Virus record (IMG/VR): IMGVR_UViG_3300011113_000415
DNA from: a virus
Lineage: Duplodnaviria; Caudoviricetes
Reading direction: 5' to 3' (one strand)
Length of the DNA stretch: 64,000 bases
How positions within the stretch are numbered: the stretch's first letter is position 1; each line of letters begins with the position of its first letter. Both the position numbers and the translations under genes were made by a program. Below the pieces are notes generated by a model. The model saw only the letters and a program-made list of their open reading frames with translations, did no database searches and was not told the DNA's origin. Positions 1-7,490 of this stretch are shown here, piece by piece.

Positions 1-75
1 AGGCGCCAATGGCGACTCGGAGTATTTTTGTTTCACCCAGGGCTTGCCCTATGGTTATTTTAGAAAGGTAGCATA

Positions 76-339
76 ATGAAAGCACTCACAGCATACATTG
101 AACAAAAGAACCAGTGGACTGCAATCTTCAAAGGCAAGCAATTTGAAATTAAAACTGCTGAAGGTCGCCGGCGTGTGGCCGAGAGCATTGACTGTGAACT
201 GAGCCCAGAGAACTTGACCTGCGATGGTGAATTGCCTCGTAGCCAAGTGCAGGCTCGCTACCGAGCACTGACCAGTGCCGCACAGGATCTGATCCAATTG
301 GATCCTAGTGTTGCTCAATACATGTACGAATTCAACTAA
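76..339 (+). CDS. hypothetical phage protein (87 aa)
   Basis: ORF with AGAAAGG RBS, tightly packed with downstream ORFs. Confidence 0.75.
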   Translation: MKALTAYIEQKNQWTAIFKGKQFEIKTAEGRRRVAESIDCELSPENLTCDGELPRSQVQARYRALTSAAQDLIQLDPSVAQYMYEFN

Positions 340-349
340 GGAGCCCTCC

Positions 350-697
350 ATGACAGTAACAGTAAACGGTGTCAAAGTAGACACAATCATAGCCGAAGCC
401 AAGTCAGCCGCTAGACAGGCCGCTGAAAAGTTTTTCCAAGAAAAACTAAACGGACGAGATCAGTTTGCCTGTGGCTTTGCCTGGGTTGACATCTTTGGTG
501 TTCGAGGCAATACCAAACTGGGCCGGGCTCTAAAAGAAGCAGGCGTGAGCAAGAGCCACACAGGTGCTTTCCAAATCTGGAATCCATCCAACATGTACGT
601 GCAAAACGTAGACACCCTGGAAGCCGGTGCCCAAGCGGCGGCTGATGTGTTCAACAAATACGGCTTCAAGGCCTACGCTGGTAGCCGTTTGGATTAA
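350..697 (+). CDS. hypothetical phage protein
   Basis: AAGGAG RBS then ATG 350, in frame with the 308..697 ORF. Confidence 0.8.
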   Translation: MTVTVNGVKVDTIIAEAKSAARQAAEKFFQEKLNGRDQFACGFAWVDIFGVRGNTKLGRALKEAGVSKSHTGAFQIWNPSNMYVQNVDTLEAGAQAAADVFNKYGFKAYAGSRLD

Positions 698-706
698 GGA
701 AACGTC

Positions 707-778
707 ATGATTGAAATGTTCTTATTCCTGGCCATTACCTTTGTGATCAAAGTTTGGTTCATCAACCGATACATGTAA
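707..778 (+). CDS. very small hydrophobic membrane peptide MIEMFLFLAITFVIKVWFINRYM
   Basis: TAAGGA RBS, fills the gap between ORFs, single TM-like stretch. Confidence 0.5.
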   Translation: MIEMFLFLAITFVIKVWFINRYM

Positions 779-789
779 AGAGAAAACAT

Positions 790-972
790 ATGAGACTATC
801 ACCACTTGACGAGCGCATGAATGCAGACATTGATGCGCTGATTGCCAAATTAGAAGCGGCAAAAACAAGTAGAACCTATCTACAACGTGCCAGCCTTGTG
901 GGCAAAGTTGCCGAACAATGCCAAAGTTATGAATTTTATTGGGAAGATAGACTTTACAGTCTAATGGATTGA
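790..972 (+). CDS. hypothetical protein
   Basis: ORF in co-directional early cluster. Confidence 0.65.
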   Translation: MRLSPLDERMNADIDALIAKLEAAKTSRTYLQRASLVGKVAEQCQSYEFYWEDRLYSLMD

Positions 973-1176
973 ATGTATAATGTAGCAAGCCCAACTCAAC
1001 AACAAGATTTTGAATCTTTAGATCTAGCCATGGCGCATGCCCGGGCGTTGGGTGAGTTTGTTACTATCACAGGTAATGGCATGGAGATTGTGGGTGTGTT
1101 TGGCGCTGACAGCATTCGAGATGGTCGGTGCCCTGACGGTGAGGCATACACATGGATGAAGCGGAGATCGCAGTGA
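973..1176 (+). CDS. hypothetical protein
   Basis: abuts upstream ORF and overlaps the next start (GTGA). Confidence 0.7.
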   Translation: MYNVASPTQQQDFESLDLAMAHARALGEFVTITGNGMEIVGVFGADSIRDGRCPDGEAYTWMKRRSQ

Positions 1177-1397
1177 ACAGGCGTATCAAACAACTAATGG
1201 GGCAGACTCTAGACGAGCGGTTCAAGGAAACTTGGAGCACCATGACGCCTGAGGACTTGGAACGGTTTGTGAAACACTTTGCCGAACTGCTGATTTGTGA
1301 CTGTGCTGACGTTGCCTATCGCTTTGATGGTGTCACACTGGGACAAGGCTACACCATTGCCAAGCATATCAAAAAGAACTATGAGATTGAACTATGA
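1173..1397 (+). CDS. hypothetical protein, FAELIxxxC family
   Basis: GTG start with GGAG RBS; motif shared with 1394..1651 and 29653..29871. Confidence 0.65.
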   Translation: MNRRIKQLMGQTLDERFKETWSTMTPEDLERFVKHFAELLICDCADVAYRFDGVTLGQGYTIAKHIKKNYEIEL

Positions 1398-1651
1398 CGC
1401 ATTATTCGAACACAAATAATCCCATTGACTTTCCAAAAAAGAAAGAGATACCAATGTTGGAACGGTTCGCCGCACAGAGTCTTGTGGACCATGGCGGTGA
1501 ATTAATCTTCAGTAAAGAAAAGTTCGCCGAGTTGATTGTGCAGGAATGTGCTCGGGTAGCGGACCAATGGGTCGATGATGAAGACAATGGCCACAACTTG
1601 GTCAGTGAACGATTGCGACAACATTTTGGAGTTGAAGAATGTACGAACTAA
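1394..1651 (+). CDS. hypothetical protein, FAELIVQEC...HFGVE family
   Basis: start overlaps upstream stop codon; shared motif. Confidence 0.7.
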   Translation: MTHYSNTNNPIDFPKKKEIPMLERFAAQSLVDHGGELIFSKEKFAELIVQECARVADQWVDDEDNGHNLVSERLRQHFGVEECTN

Positions 1652-1836
1652 TATTTACATTTTTGGTTGTGACCAAAGCCGGGCTTCCGGGCTTTCACAT
1701 GGAACGCATGAGTCAGTTTCGTGAAATAGAAGACTGTGAAAAGACCAAGACCGCCATGGTTGCATACATGGATCGGTTAGTGCGAGAGAACAAGATGTTC
1801 CCTGGTGTGTTTGAATGTCAAAAGGTACAACGATGA
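1639..1836 (+). CDS. small protein with hydrophobic N-terminus
   Basis: ORF in operon; GGAG upstream. Confidence 0.65.
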   Translation: MYELIFTFLVVTKAGLPGFHMERMSQFREIEDCEKTKTAMVAYMDRLVRENKMFPGVFECQKVQR

Positions 1837-2102
1837 ACCGAGAAATTACACTCACACCCGAAGGTGGTCGATTCTATCGTGCCATGACATTCCACTGGGT
1901 CACGGTGGCCATATGTTTGCCGCCCTTGATGGCACTCATGATTGTGGCCATATTGAATCCCTTGTGGTTCCGTGACTCAATGTTTAACTGGGTTGAACGA
2001 CAAGTCAACGCATTCACACGTTGGCGCAACAATGTCAAATACCGCATCTATCTCAACTGTGACCCTGTAGTTTGGCACACCCTCAAAGGAGACTTGAAAT
2101 GA
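1833..2102 (+). CDS. hypothetical membrane protein
   Basis: ATGA overlap; hydrophobic segment WVTVAICLPPLMALMIVAIL. Confidence 0.7.
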   Translation: MNREITLTPEGGRFYRAMTFHWVTVAICLPPLMALMIVAILNPLWFRDSMFNWVERQVNAFTRWRNNVKYRIYLNCDPVVWHTLKGDLK

Positions 2103-2497
2103 CCATGCCCGCTGGAAAATATTACATTGGTGACTTGTGCTATGTTATGCACCCTGAATGGGACGAGGCTGTGAGCCTCATGTTCCCTGACAATCATTCG
2201 GGACGTGGTGTAGATGGCGAGTTTGTTCTACGAGATGGCCGCAGATTTGCAAATTTTGGAACTCGCTGGGGCGACGGTACTTACACAAGTAACATTAGAA
2301 CACGTCACCTAGTGGACTCTGGGTCAATTGGTTGCATACGTGTAGAAGACATTCGAGACAACACCTATGACAACATTGAAACCCTGGGTGCTGTGGTAGA
2401 GTTTGCACAGCCTTTTGAAGTGTCAGAAGATTCAGGCTTGATTTGCTTTGGTGCAGTGGAAATTGAAACCAACCCCGAATACGAATTTGATGAATAA
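2099..2497 (+). CDS. hypothetical phage protein (YYIGDLCYV...VDSGSIG)
   Basis: ATGA overlap, GGAG RBS. Confidence 0.8.
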   Translation: MTMPAGKYYIGDLCYVMHPEWDEAVSLMFPDNHSGRGVDGEFVLRDGRRFANFGTRWGDGTYTSNIRTRHLVDSGSIGCIRVEDIRDNTYDNIETLGAVVEFAQPFEVSEDSGLICFGAVEIETNPEYEFDE

Positions 2498-2798
2498 ACT
2501 AATCCGTGATGGCCGTGTAGCAGTACTGTATTCGCCTAAGTATGGAGGCGGATGGTATTCGTGGAATCCAAATCACCCTGAAATCTTGTTTGATCCTGCC
2601 ATAGTGGACTTTTTGGAAAAGAAACAACTTGAAGAATTGCAGGTATATGTTACACTGAAATATCCCGATGTTAGTCAATGGGGCTTGGAGGGATTAGCAA
2701 TTGAGTGGATTCCCCAAGGTGTTCATTTCCGGGTGAAGGAATACGATGGCAGCGAAAGCATTGAATTAAGAGACGGAGTAAACTGGATACAGGCTTGA
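2490..2798 (+). CDS. hypothetical phage protein (VAVLYSP.YGGGW...EYDGSE)
   Basis: ORF in operon. Confidence 0.8.
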   Translation: MNKLIRDGRVAVLYSPKYGGGWYSWNPNHPEILFDPAIVDFLEKKQLEELQVYVTLKYPDVSQWGLEGLAIEWIPQGVHFRVKEYDGSESIELRDGVNWIQA

Positions 2799-2823
2799 CA
2801 CTAAATAGATTTCCTAGTATAGT
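2795..2823 (+). promoter_or_regulatory. sigma70-type promoter for the isolated CAT tRNA
   Basis: TTGACA-N17-TATAGT ending 10 nt before the tRNA. Confidence 0.75.
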
Positions 2824-2832
2824 ATTTGATAC

Positions 2833-2918
2833 ACAACGGACGCCGTATTGGTCGCAGGCCCTAGACTCATAATCTAGTTCGAAAGACACTGTGGGTTCGA
2901 ATCCCACCCGTTGTACCA
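2833..2918 (+). tRNA. tRNA with CAT anticodon and class II (Leu-like) body
   Basis: acceptor ACAACGG/CCGTTGT, A73, CCA; anticodon stem CTAGA/TCTAG with loop CTCATAA; T arm GTGGG-TTCGAAT-CCCAC; 13-nt variable region. Confidence 0.85.
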
Positions 2919-2926
2919 CAATAACC

Positions 2927-3406
2927 ATGACCAAAGTAAATTCCAGTCCCCAACGTCACACATTCCAACACAGCAAAATTGAGTTGGAAGCAGTGCTGGA
3001 AGATATCCGCAATCAGGATCGCCTGAAATTGGCCGACCCAGAGTGGCAAAAAGACAATCTAGAGTACGACTTGCGTAGTACCAAATGGATCTGCGACCGA
3101 GTCAAAAGCACCAAGACCTATGCTCAAAACTTGTATGCGGCCCTGTGCAACAATGACTTTCAAAAGAACGCGGTATGGACCAGACTTGAAGACAAAGTAT
3201 GGGGTTGTAGTTGGCGACATGCTGGAGGTATCGTAGCCGACATGCGTGAAGAAGGTGACTACATTGATTGGTACTGTTCGGGCATACAAGGCGAGCCTGA
3301 TGAGTCCTGGATAGATCTAGGGCATGTTCCTGAAGGCACTGTTACAGACCAAATCCGTGAAGACTTGTTTCGCCTGGGATGGCTTGTGCTAGAGTCCCGA
3401 GACTAA
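2927..3406 (+). CDS. conserved hypothetical phage protein (YAQNLYAALCNN...CSWR.AGGIVA...DWYCSG)
   Basis: ORF; ATG at 2927. Confidence 0.85.
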   Translation: MTKVNSSPQRHTFQHSKIELEAVLEDIRNQDRLKLADPEWQKDNLEYDLRSTKWICDRVKSTKTYAQNLYAALCNNDFQKNAVWTRLEDKVWGCSWRHAGGIVADMREEGDYIDWYCSGIQGEPDESWIDLGHVPEGTVTDQIREDLFRLGWLVLESRD

Positions 3407-3413
3407 ATTTTTT

Positions 3414-3488
3414 CTATTGCCAACATAGATAATCTCAATAGCAAAAACCTATTTTTTGCTTGACTTCATTGATATATACTATTATAAT
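3414..3488 (+). promoter_or_regulatory. sigma70 promoter of ahpC with upstream OxyR-like ATAG-N7-CTAT repeats
   Basis: TTGACT 3460-65, N17, TATAAT 3483-88; CTAT-N7-ATAG 3414-28 and ATAG-N7-CTAT 3438-52. Confidence 0.6.
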
Positions 3489-3535
3489 AAACACTCAGTA
3501 CAAACACTGAGTTTCATTTCAACAAGGAGAAAAAT

Positions 3536-4075
3536 ATGAAAACTGTAGGCGATAAGTTAACCCCGTTTGCTGTCACTGGCGTCCGTCCTGGACAACCCGA
3601 AGACGCTTTTTATACCATTACCGACGAATCATTTGAAGGCAAGTGGAAAGTGATTGTGTACTATCCCAAAGACTTCACATTCGTTTGCCCCACCGAGATT
3701 GTGGCCTATGACAAGTTGGCTGATGACTTTGCTGACCGTGATGCAGTATTGCTAACAGGATCAACAGACAACGAGTTCTGCAAAGTGGCATGGCAAAAAT
3801 CGCATGATGACCTGCGCAAGATCACACATCATCAGTTTGCTGATACACAGCGTGGCGAGTTATCATTGATTGAACAACTGGGCGTGTTCTATGCGCCAGC
3901 AGGTGCCGCACTTCGTGCAACATTCATTGTTGATCCCAACAACGAAATCCAACACGTTACTGTCAACAACTTGAATGTTGGTCGCTCACCAGAAGAAACA
4001 CTCCGTGTGTTAGACGCTCTACAAACAGGCGAACTGTGTGCATGTAACCGTACAGTTGGTGGCGAAACCCTGTGA
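3536..4075 (+). CDS. ahpC: peroxiredoxin, alkyl hydroperoxide reductase C
   Basis: YPKDFTFVCPTE peroxidatic motif, GRSPEETLR, GELC; AAGGAG RBS. Confidence 0.95.
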   Translation: MKTVGDKLTPFAVTGVRPGQPEDAFYTITDESFEGKWKVIVYYPKDFTFVCPTEIVAYDKLADDFADRDAVLLTGSTDNEFCKVAWQKSHDDLRKITHHQFADTQRGELSLIEQLGVFYAPAGAALRATFIVDPNNEIQHVTVNNLNVGRSPEETLRVLDALQTGELCACNRTVGGETL

Positions 4076-4254
4076 AGATAAACTTCTTTAGTCGCGGCGT
4101 AGAAACTCTACGCCAACCTGATCGCAAACCTAGATGTTATGAACTAACCGAGCAAGAACGTCTGGACAAGATTCGTGAATGGAACAATCGTAATGTTTGG
4201 AACACTCCTGAGTTGGCTGAACAAGACCTTGAGTCCACTTATTACGGAGCATAA
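4072..4254 (+). CDS. hypothetical protein
   Basis: GTGA overlap with the ahpC stop. Confidence 0.6.
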   Translation: MKINFFSRGVETLRQPDRKPRCYELTEQERLDKIREWNNRNVWNTPELAEQDLESTYYGA

Positions 4255-4256
4255 TC

Positions 4257-4910
4257 ATGTTAGAAACCATTTGCGAAACATTGGTAGAAGCCTATCGTAG
4301 AAACTGGATTACCAGTCGTGATGGCAATGTCAGTATCCGTCATCACGACCGTGATCACTTTTATATCACCCCGTCGGGTGTGCGCAAGCAGACCATGCAA
4401 CCAGATCAGTTTAAGAAGATACGATTGGTCAACAGCATCAGTGCCACACCTCCGTTCTTGACACAGTCATGGCAAGAAGATGACTATACTGACATCAGTA
4501 GCAATCTAAAGCCTAGTGGTGAGATACCCTTGCACTTTGGTTTACAGCGAGCCATGGGCCAACATGCCAATGATGTGCGTGTGGTAGTACACTTGCATCC
4601 TACCTATTGTGTGGCGGCCATGCATGCTGGTATTGATTTGTCAACTATTGTGAATGACTTTCCTGAACTGAGTCGTTACACAAGGGTGGCGCCCAATGTG
4701 GGCGATGTGCCGCCTATCAGTCAAGAACTTGCAGATCGTTGTCACCAAAATCTACAACTGGATTCCGCGGGTAACATTGCCTACGATATTGTGGGCATCA
4801 AAGGTCACGGGGTGGTGGCCATTGATACCAGTCCCTGGCGTGCATTTGAGCATATAGAGAGGTTGGAACATATTTCAAAAATTGTATTATCATCAAGGAG
4901 ATTTCAATGA
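4257..4910 (+). CDS. class II aldolase/adducin family protein
   Basis: DGNVS, ITPSG, PSGEIPLH, VHLHP and GHG metal-binding motifs. Confidence 0.9.
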   Translation: MLETICETLVEAYRRNWITSRDGNVSIRHHDRDHFYITPSGVRKQTMQPDQFKKIRLVNSISATPPFLTQSWQEDDYTDISSNLKPSGEIPLHFGLQRAMGQHANDVRVVVHLHPTYCVAAMHAGIDLSTIVNDFPELSRYTRVAPNVGDVPPISQELADRCHQNLQLDSAGNIAYDIVGIKGHGVVAIDTSPWRAFEHIERLEHISKIVLSSRRFQ

Positions 4911-5422
4911 CAGCATGGGTTGATCAACTCAAAGAAGGCCTGCCCGAGTATGCCAAAGATACAAAGTTAAACTTGGACGCTGTGATCAAGCGTGGCACCA
5001 TTGATCCAGAACAAGCAGAAGCCATTGCCTTGGCGGCGGCTTTTGCTACAGGCAATGGTAAATTGGTCTCATTCATTCAAAGCAACGTTGCCAATGGGGT
5101 AGAGCGTGATGCGGCACTCACAGCCGGTTCAATCATGTCAATGAACAATACTTGGTATCCTTACGTTGAAATGGCGGAAGATCCTGCACTCAAAGGCTTG
5201 CCAGCACAACTTAGAATGAATGCCATTGCCACACACGGTGGTACTACAAAGGCTCGTTTTGAAGCCTACAGTCTAGCCGCTTCAATAATAGGCAAGTGCC
5301 ATTTCTGTGTCAAAGCACATTATGATACCTTGAAAAAGGAAGGCTACTCAGTTGAACAACTGAGAGACATTGGTCGTATTGCGTCTGTGATTGCCAGCGT
5401 TGCTCGTGTGCTGAACAGTTGA
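4907..5422 (+). CDS. ahpD: alkyl hydroperoxide reductase D (carboxymuconolactone decarboxylase family)
   Basis: SIIGKCHFCVKAH (CxxC..H) motif; same operon as ahpC. Confidence 0.85.
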   Translation: MTAWVDQLKEGLPEYAKDTKLNLDAVIKRGTIDPEQAEAIALAAAFATGNGKLVSFIQSNVANGVERDAALTAGSIMSMNNTWYPYVEMAEDPALKGLPAQLRMNAIATHGGTTKARFEAYSLAASIIGKCHFCVKAHYDTLKKEGYSVEQLRDIGRIASVIASVARVLNS

Positions 5423-5566
5423 GCAAGCGGCAAAACCAGTTGACCGGTGTTGGTTATTGAAACTGTTGCGAAGCACTTCACACTGAATCAAGGTCTCAAC
5501 GGGTCTTGATTCTTTGATCAAGGCATGATCGGCAGTGAAAATAAACAAAGTCAATATGTATTCCAT
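5348..5566 (-). CDS. possible small protein with hydrophobic N-terminus
   Basis: ORF convergent with and overlapping the ahpD end; N-terminus resembles other small ORFs here. Confidence 0.4.
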   Translation of the reverse strand: MEYILTLFIFTADHALIKESRPVETLIQCEVLRNSFNNQHRSTGFAACSTVQHTSNAGNHRRNTTNVSQLFN

Positions 5567-5644
5567 ATGATTATATATCCTACTAAACGTTGGAAATTGT
5601 GTTGTTTGTTATACAGAGTTCTTGGATTAATATAACCTGCAAAA

Positions 5645-5690
5645 CTAATACTTTTGTGTTATTGACCCAAATTGGATCCTGTGTTATAAT
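5645..5690 (+). promoter_or_regulatory. sigma70 promoter with degenerate upstream 7-4-7 palindrome
   Basis: TTGACC 5662-67, N17, TATAAT 5685-90; CTAATAC-TTTT-GTGTTAT. Confidence 0.7.
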
Positions 5691-5707
5691 TACAAACTAA
5701 GGAGAAT

Positions 5708-6178
5708 GTGATGCCATGGATCGAAAATGTAGCCGCCGCAGATGTGCCCCAAAGGCATCATCACGAGGCTGGCGACAATGCCATGCTGATCCAGATCATG
5801 GATCCGTGTCCCACCTGGTGGCCCGCTCCTGCACACAACTTTCGAGAAACACATCGTTTTGAATTTTTGGATGCAGAAGATGGTGATCGTTTTCCTGAAG
5901 AATGTTTGATCAGCGATGCCCAGGCTGAAAAAATTGTAGGCCTGTTGCAACATGCCTTGGCCAATCGCATGAACGTGGTTGTGCATTGTGTGGCAGGATT
6001 GTGTCGCTCAGGTGCAGTGGCTGAAGTTGGCGTGATGATGGGCTTTGATGAGTGTGAACGCACTCGCATACCCAACATTAGAGTCAAGCATAGGTTGATG
6101 AAGGCCTTGGGCTGGACCTATGATGCGAATGAACAGCCAGATGCAGAAGCCTGGCGTAAGATGAACCTAGATTATTAA
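5708..6178 (+). CDS. protein-tyrosine/dual-specificity phosphatase-like protein
   Basis: VHCVAGLCRS = HCxxGxxRS catalytic loop. Confidence 0.85.
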   Translation: MMPWIENVAAADVPQRHHHEAGDNAMLIQIMDPCPTWWPAPAHNFRETHRFEFLDAEDGDRFPEECLISDAQAEKIVGLLQHALANRMNVVVHCVAGLCRSGAVAEVGVMMGFDECERTRIPNIRVKHRLMKALGWTYDANEQPDAEAWRKMNLDY

Positions 6179-6188
6179 GGAGGCAATA

Positions 6189-6794
6189 ATGCCCGCAGTA
6201 TTTTTGACAAGCGACACGCACTTTGGACACGCAGGTGTCTGTCGCTTCACGCACCCAGATGATCCTGAAGTGAAATTGCGTCCCTGGACTGATCCAGACG
6301 AGATGGATGAGGCAATGATCAAGAAATGGAACGAACGTGTTCGTCCCAACGACAAGGTCTATCACTTGGGCGATGTTGTGATCAATCGCAAGGCTTTGAA
6401 GACCTTGGCACGTTTGAACGGCGACAAGGTGTTGATCCGTGGCAACCACGACATCTTTAGAGATGACGAGTATCGTGAATACTTTCGTGAATTGCGAGCC
6501 TACCATGTGATGAACGGCATGATCTTGAGTCACATTCCTGTGCATGAGGCTTCGTTGGGTCGCTTTGGAGTTAACATTCACGGACACTTGCATGCCACTC
6601 GTGTGAAAAAAGCACGTGGGGTTGACGCCAAGACCGGAACTGTTTTGTACAGCACTGAAATTGACCCACGCTACCATTGCGTGTGTGTGGAGCAAACTGA
6701 CTTTGCACCCATCTTGTTTGAAGATGTTATCAAACGGATTGAAGCAGAAGGTGGTAAAGTTGGCTTTCAAAATGGCAATGGACCCACAATGTAG
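6189..6794 (+). CDS. calcineurin-like metallophosphoesterase
   Basis: SDTHFGH, HLGD, GNHD, SHIP and HGHLH motifs. Confidence 0.92.
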   Translation: MPAVFLTSDTHFGHAGVCRFTHPDDPEVKLRPWTDPDEMDEAMIKKWNERVRPNDKVYHLGDVVINRKALKTLARLNGDKVLIRGNHDIFRDDEYREYFRELRAYHVMNGMILSHIPVHEASLGRFGVNIHGHLHATRVKKARGVDAKTGTVLYSTEIDPRYHCVCVEQTDFAPILFEDVIKRIEAEGGKVGFQNGNGPTM

Positions 6795-6797
6795 GGG

Positions 6798-6826
6798 TTG
6801 ACAAGGTATAAATAAACCTGTATAAT
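6798..6826 (+). promoter_or_regulatory. perfect consensus sigma70 promoter at the head of the tRNA array
   Basis: TTGACA-N17-TATAAT. Confidence 0.9.
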
Positions 6827-6835
6827 TAGCACATT

Positions 6836-6973
6836 ATGAAAACATTTGGACCTTATTCGTTATCAGTCCGTCCACAGAGTCTGGGCACATGCCCCGCCTT
6901 GTGGTCCACGATTGAGAACATGCATAATGGTCGTGAACTAGATCACAACAGGGTCCAAGGAGATCGGGAGTAG
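6836..6973 (+). CDS. putative 45-aa attenuator leader peptide MKTFGPYSLSVRPQSLGTCPALWSTIENMHNGRELDHNRVQGDRE
   Basis: ATG 9 nt after the -10 box (near-leaderless); all 20 amino acids and 37 distinct codons; followed by an intrinsic terminator. Confidence 0.7.
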   Translation: MKTFGPYSLSVRPQSLGTCPALWSTIENMHNGRELDHNRVQGDRE

Positions 6974-6999
6974 GTCAATACATACTCCAACTTCGAAGA

Positions 7000-7034
7000 C
7001 CCTGGAACTCGAAACTCCAGGGTTTTTTATTTTT
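7000..7034 (+). terminator. intrinsic terminator (attenuator 3:4 hairpin)
   Basis: CCCTGGA-actcgaaac-TCCAGGG followed by TTTTTTATTTTT. Confidence 0.85.
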
Positions 7035-7047
7035 AAAAAAGGAAAAA

Positions 7048-7203
7048 ATGACAGATACAAAATGTAAACGTCAGGCAGAGTACACGCGACAACACACACT
7101 AACTGAAGCAGATCTTCGCAGAATGATGGCAGAAAAATTAGAACGTGCTCGAGCGTGGCATAATGCCATGATCAAGCGACGAGTTCTTCAAGAGAACCGT
7201 TGA
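7048..7203 (+). CDS. small basic helical protein (51 aa), first gene after the attenuator
   Basis: AAGGA RBS; MTDTKCKRQAEYTRQHTLTEADLRRMMAEKLERARAWHNAMIKRRVLQENR. Confidence 0.6.
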   Translation: MTDTKCKRQAEYTRQHTLTEADLRRMMAEKLERARAWHNAMIKRRVLQENR

Positions 7204-7204
7204 T

Positions 7205-7390
7205 TCATGTAGTGGCGACAGGAAACGAGATCCTGCAACACACTTTAAACAGTTGCAAATGGGCGGCCTCGGGGATGGATTATCTTCTTGTAGACAAAAA
7301 AATCCGAGCGTATCGAAGCACTTTATCCTTCGGCTCTCTAGCACAAGGGCTAGAGCAAGGTAACCATAGAGTGCTTCGATACACGCATTC
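7205..7390 (+). ncRNA. structured intergenic RNA of unknown class
   Basis: hairpins CAGGA/TCCTG and TGCAAC/GTTGCA; 12-bp perfect stem 7311-7322/7370-7381 enclosing CTCTAGC/GCTAGAG. Confidence 0.4.
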
Positions 7391-7408
7391 ACAAGAGTGT
7401 GTTTATAT

Positions 7409-7486
7409 GCCCCTATGGACAAATTGGTAAAGTCATCTCTCTCAAAAGGAGAAGTCGTCTCTGTTCGAATCAGAGTAGGGGTACCA
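7409..7486 (+). tRNA. tRNA-Leu(CAA), short variable region
   Basis: cloverleaf, loop CTCAAAA, A73, CCA. Confidence 0.9.
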
Positions 7487-7490
7487 TCAT

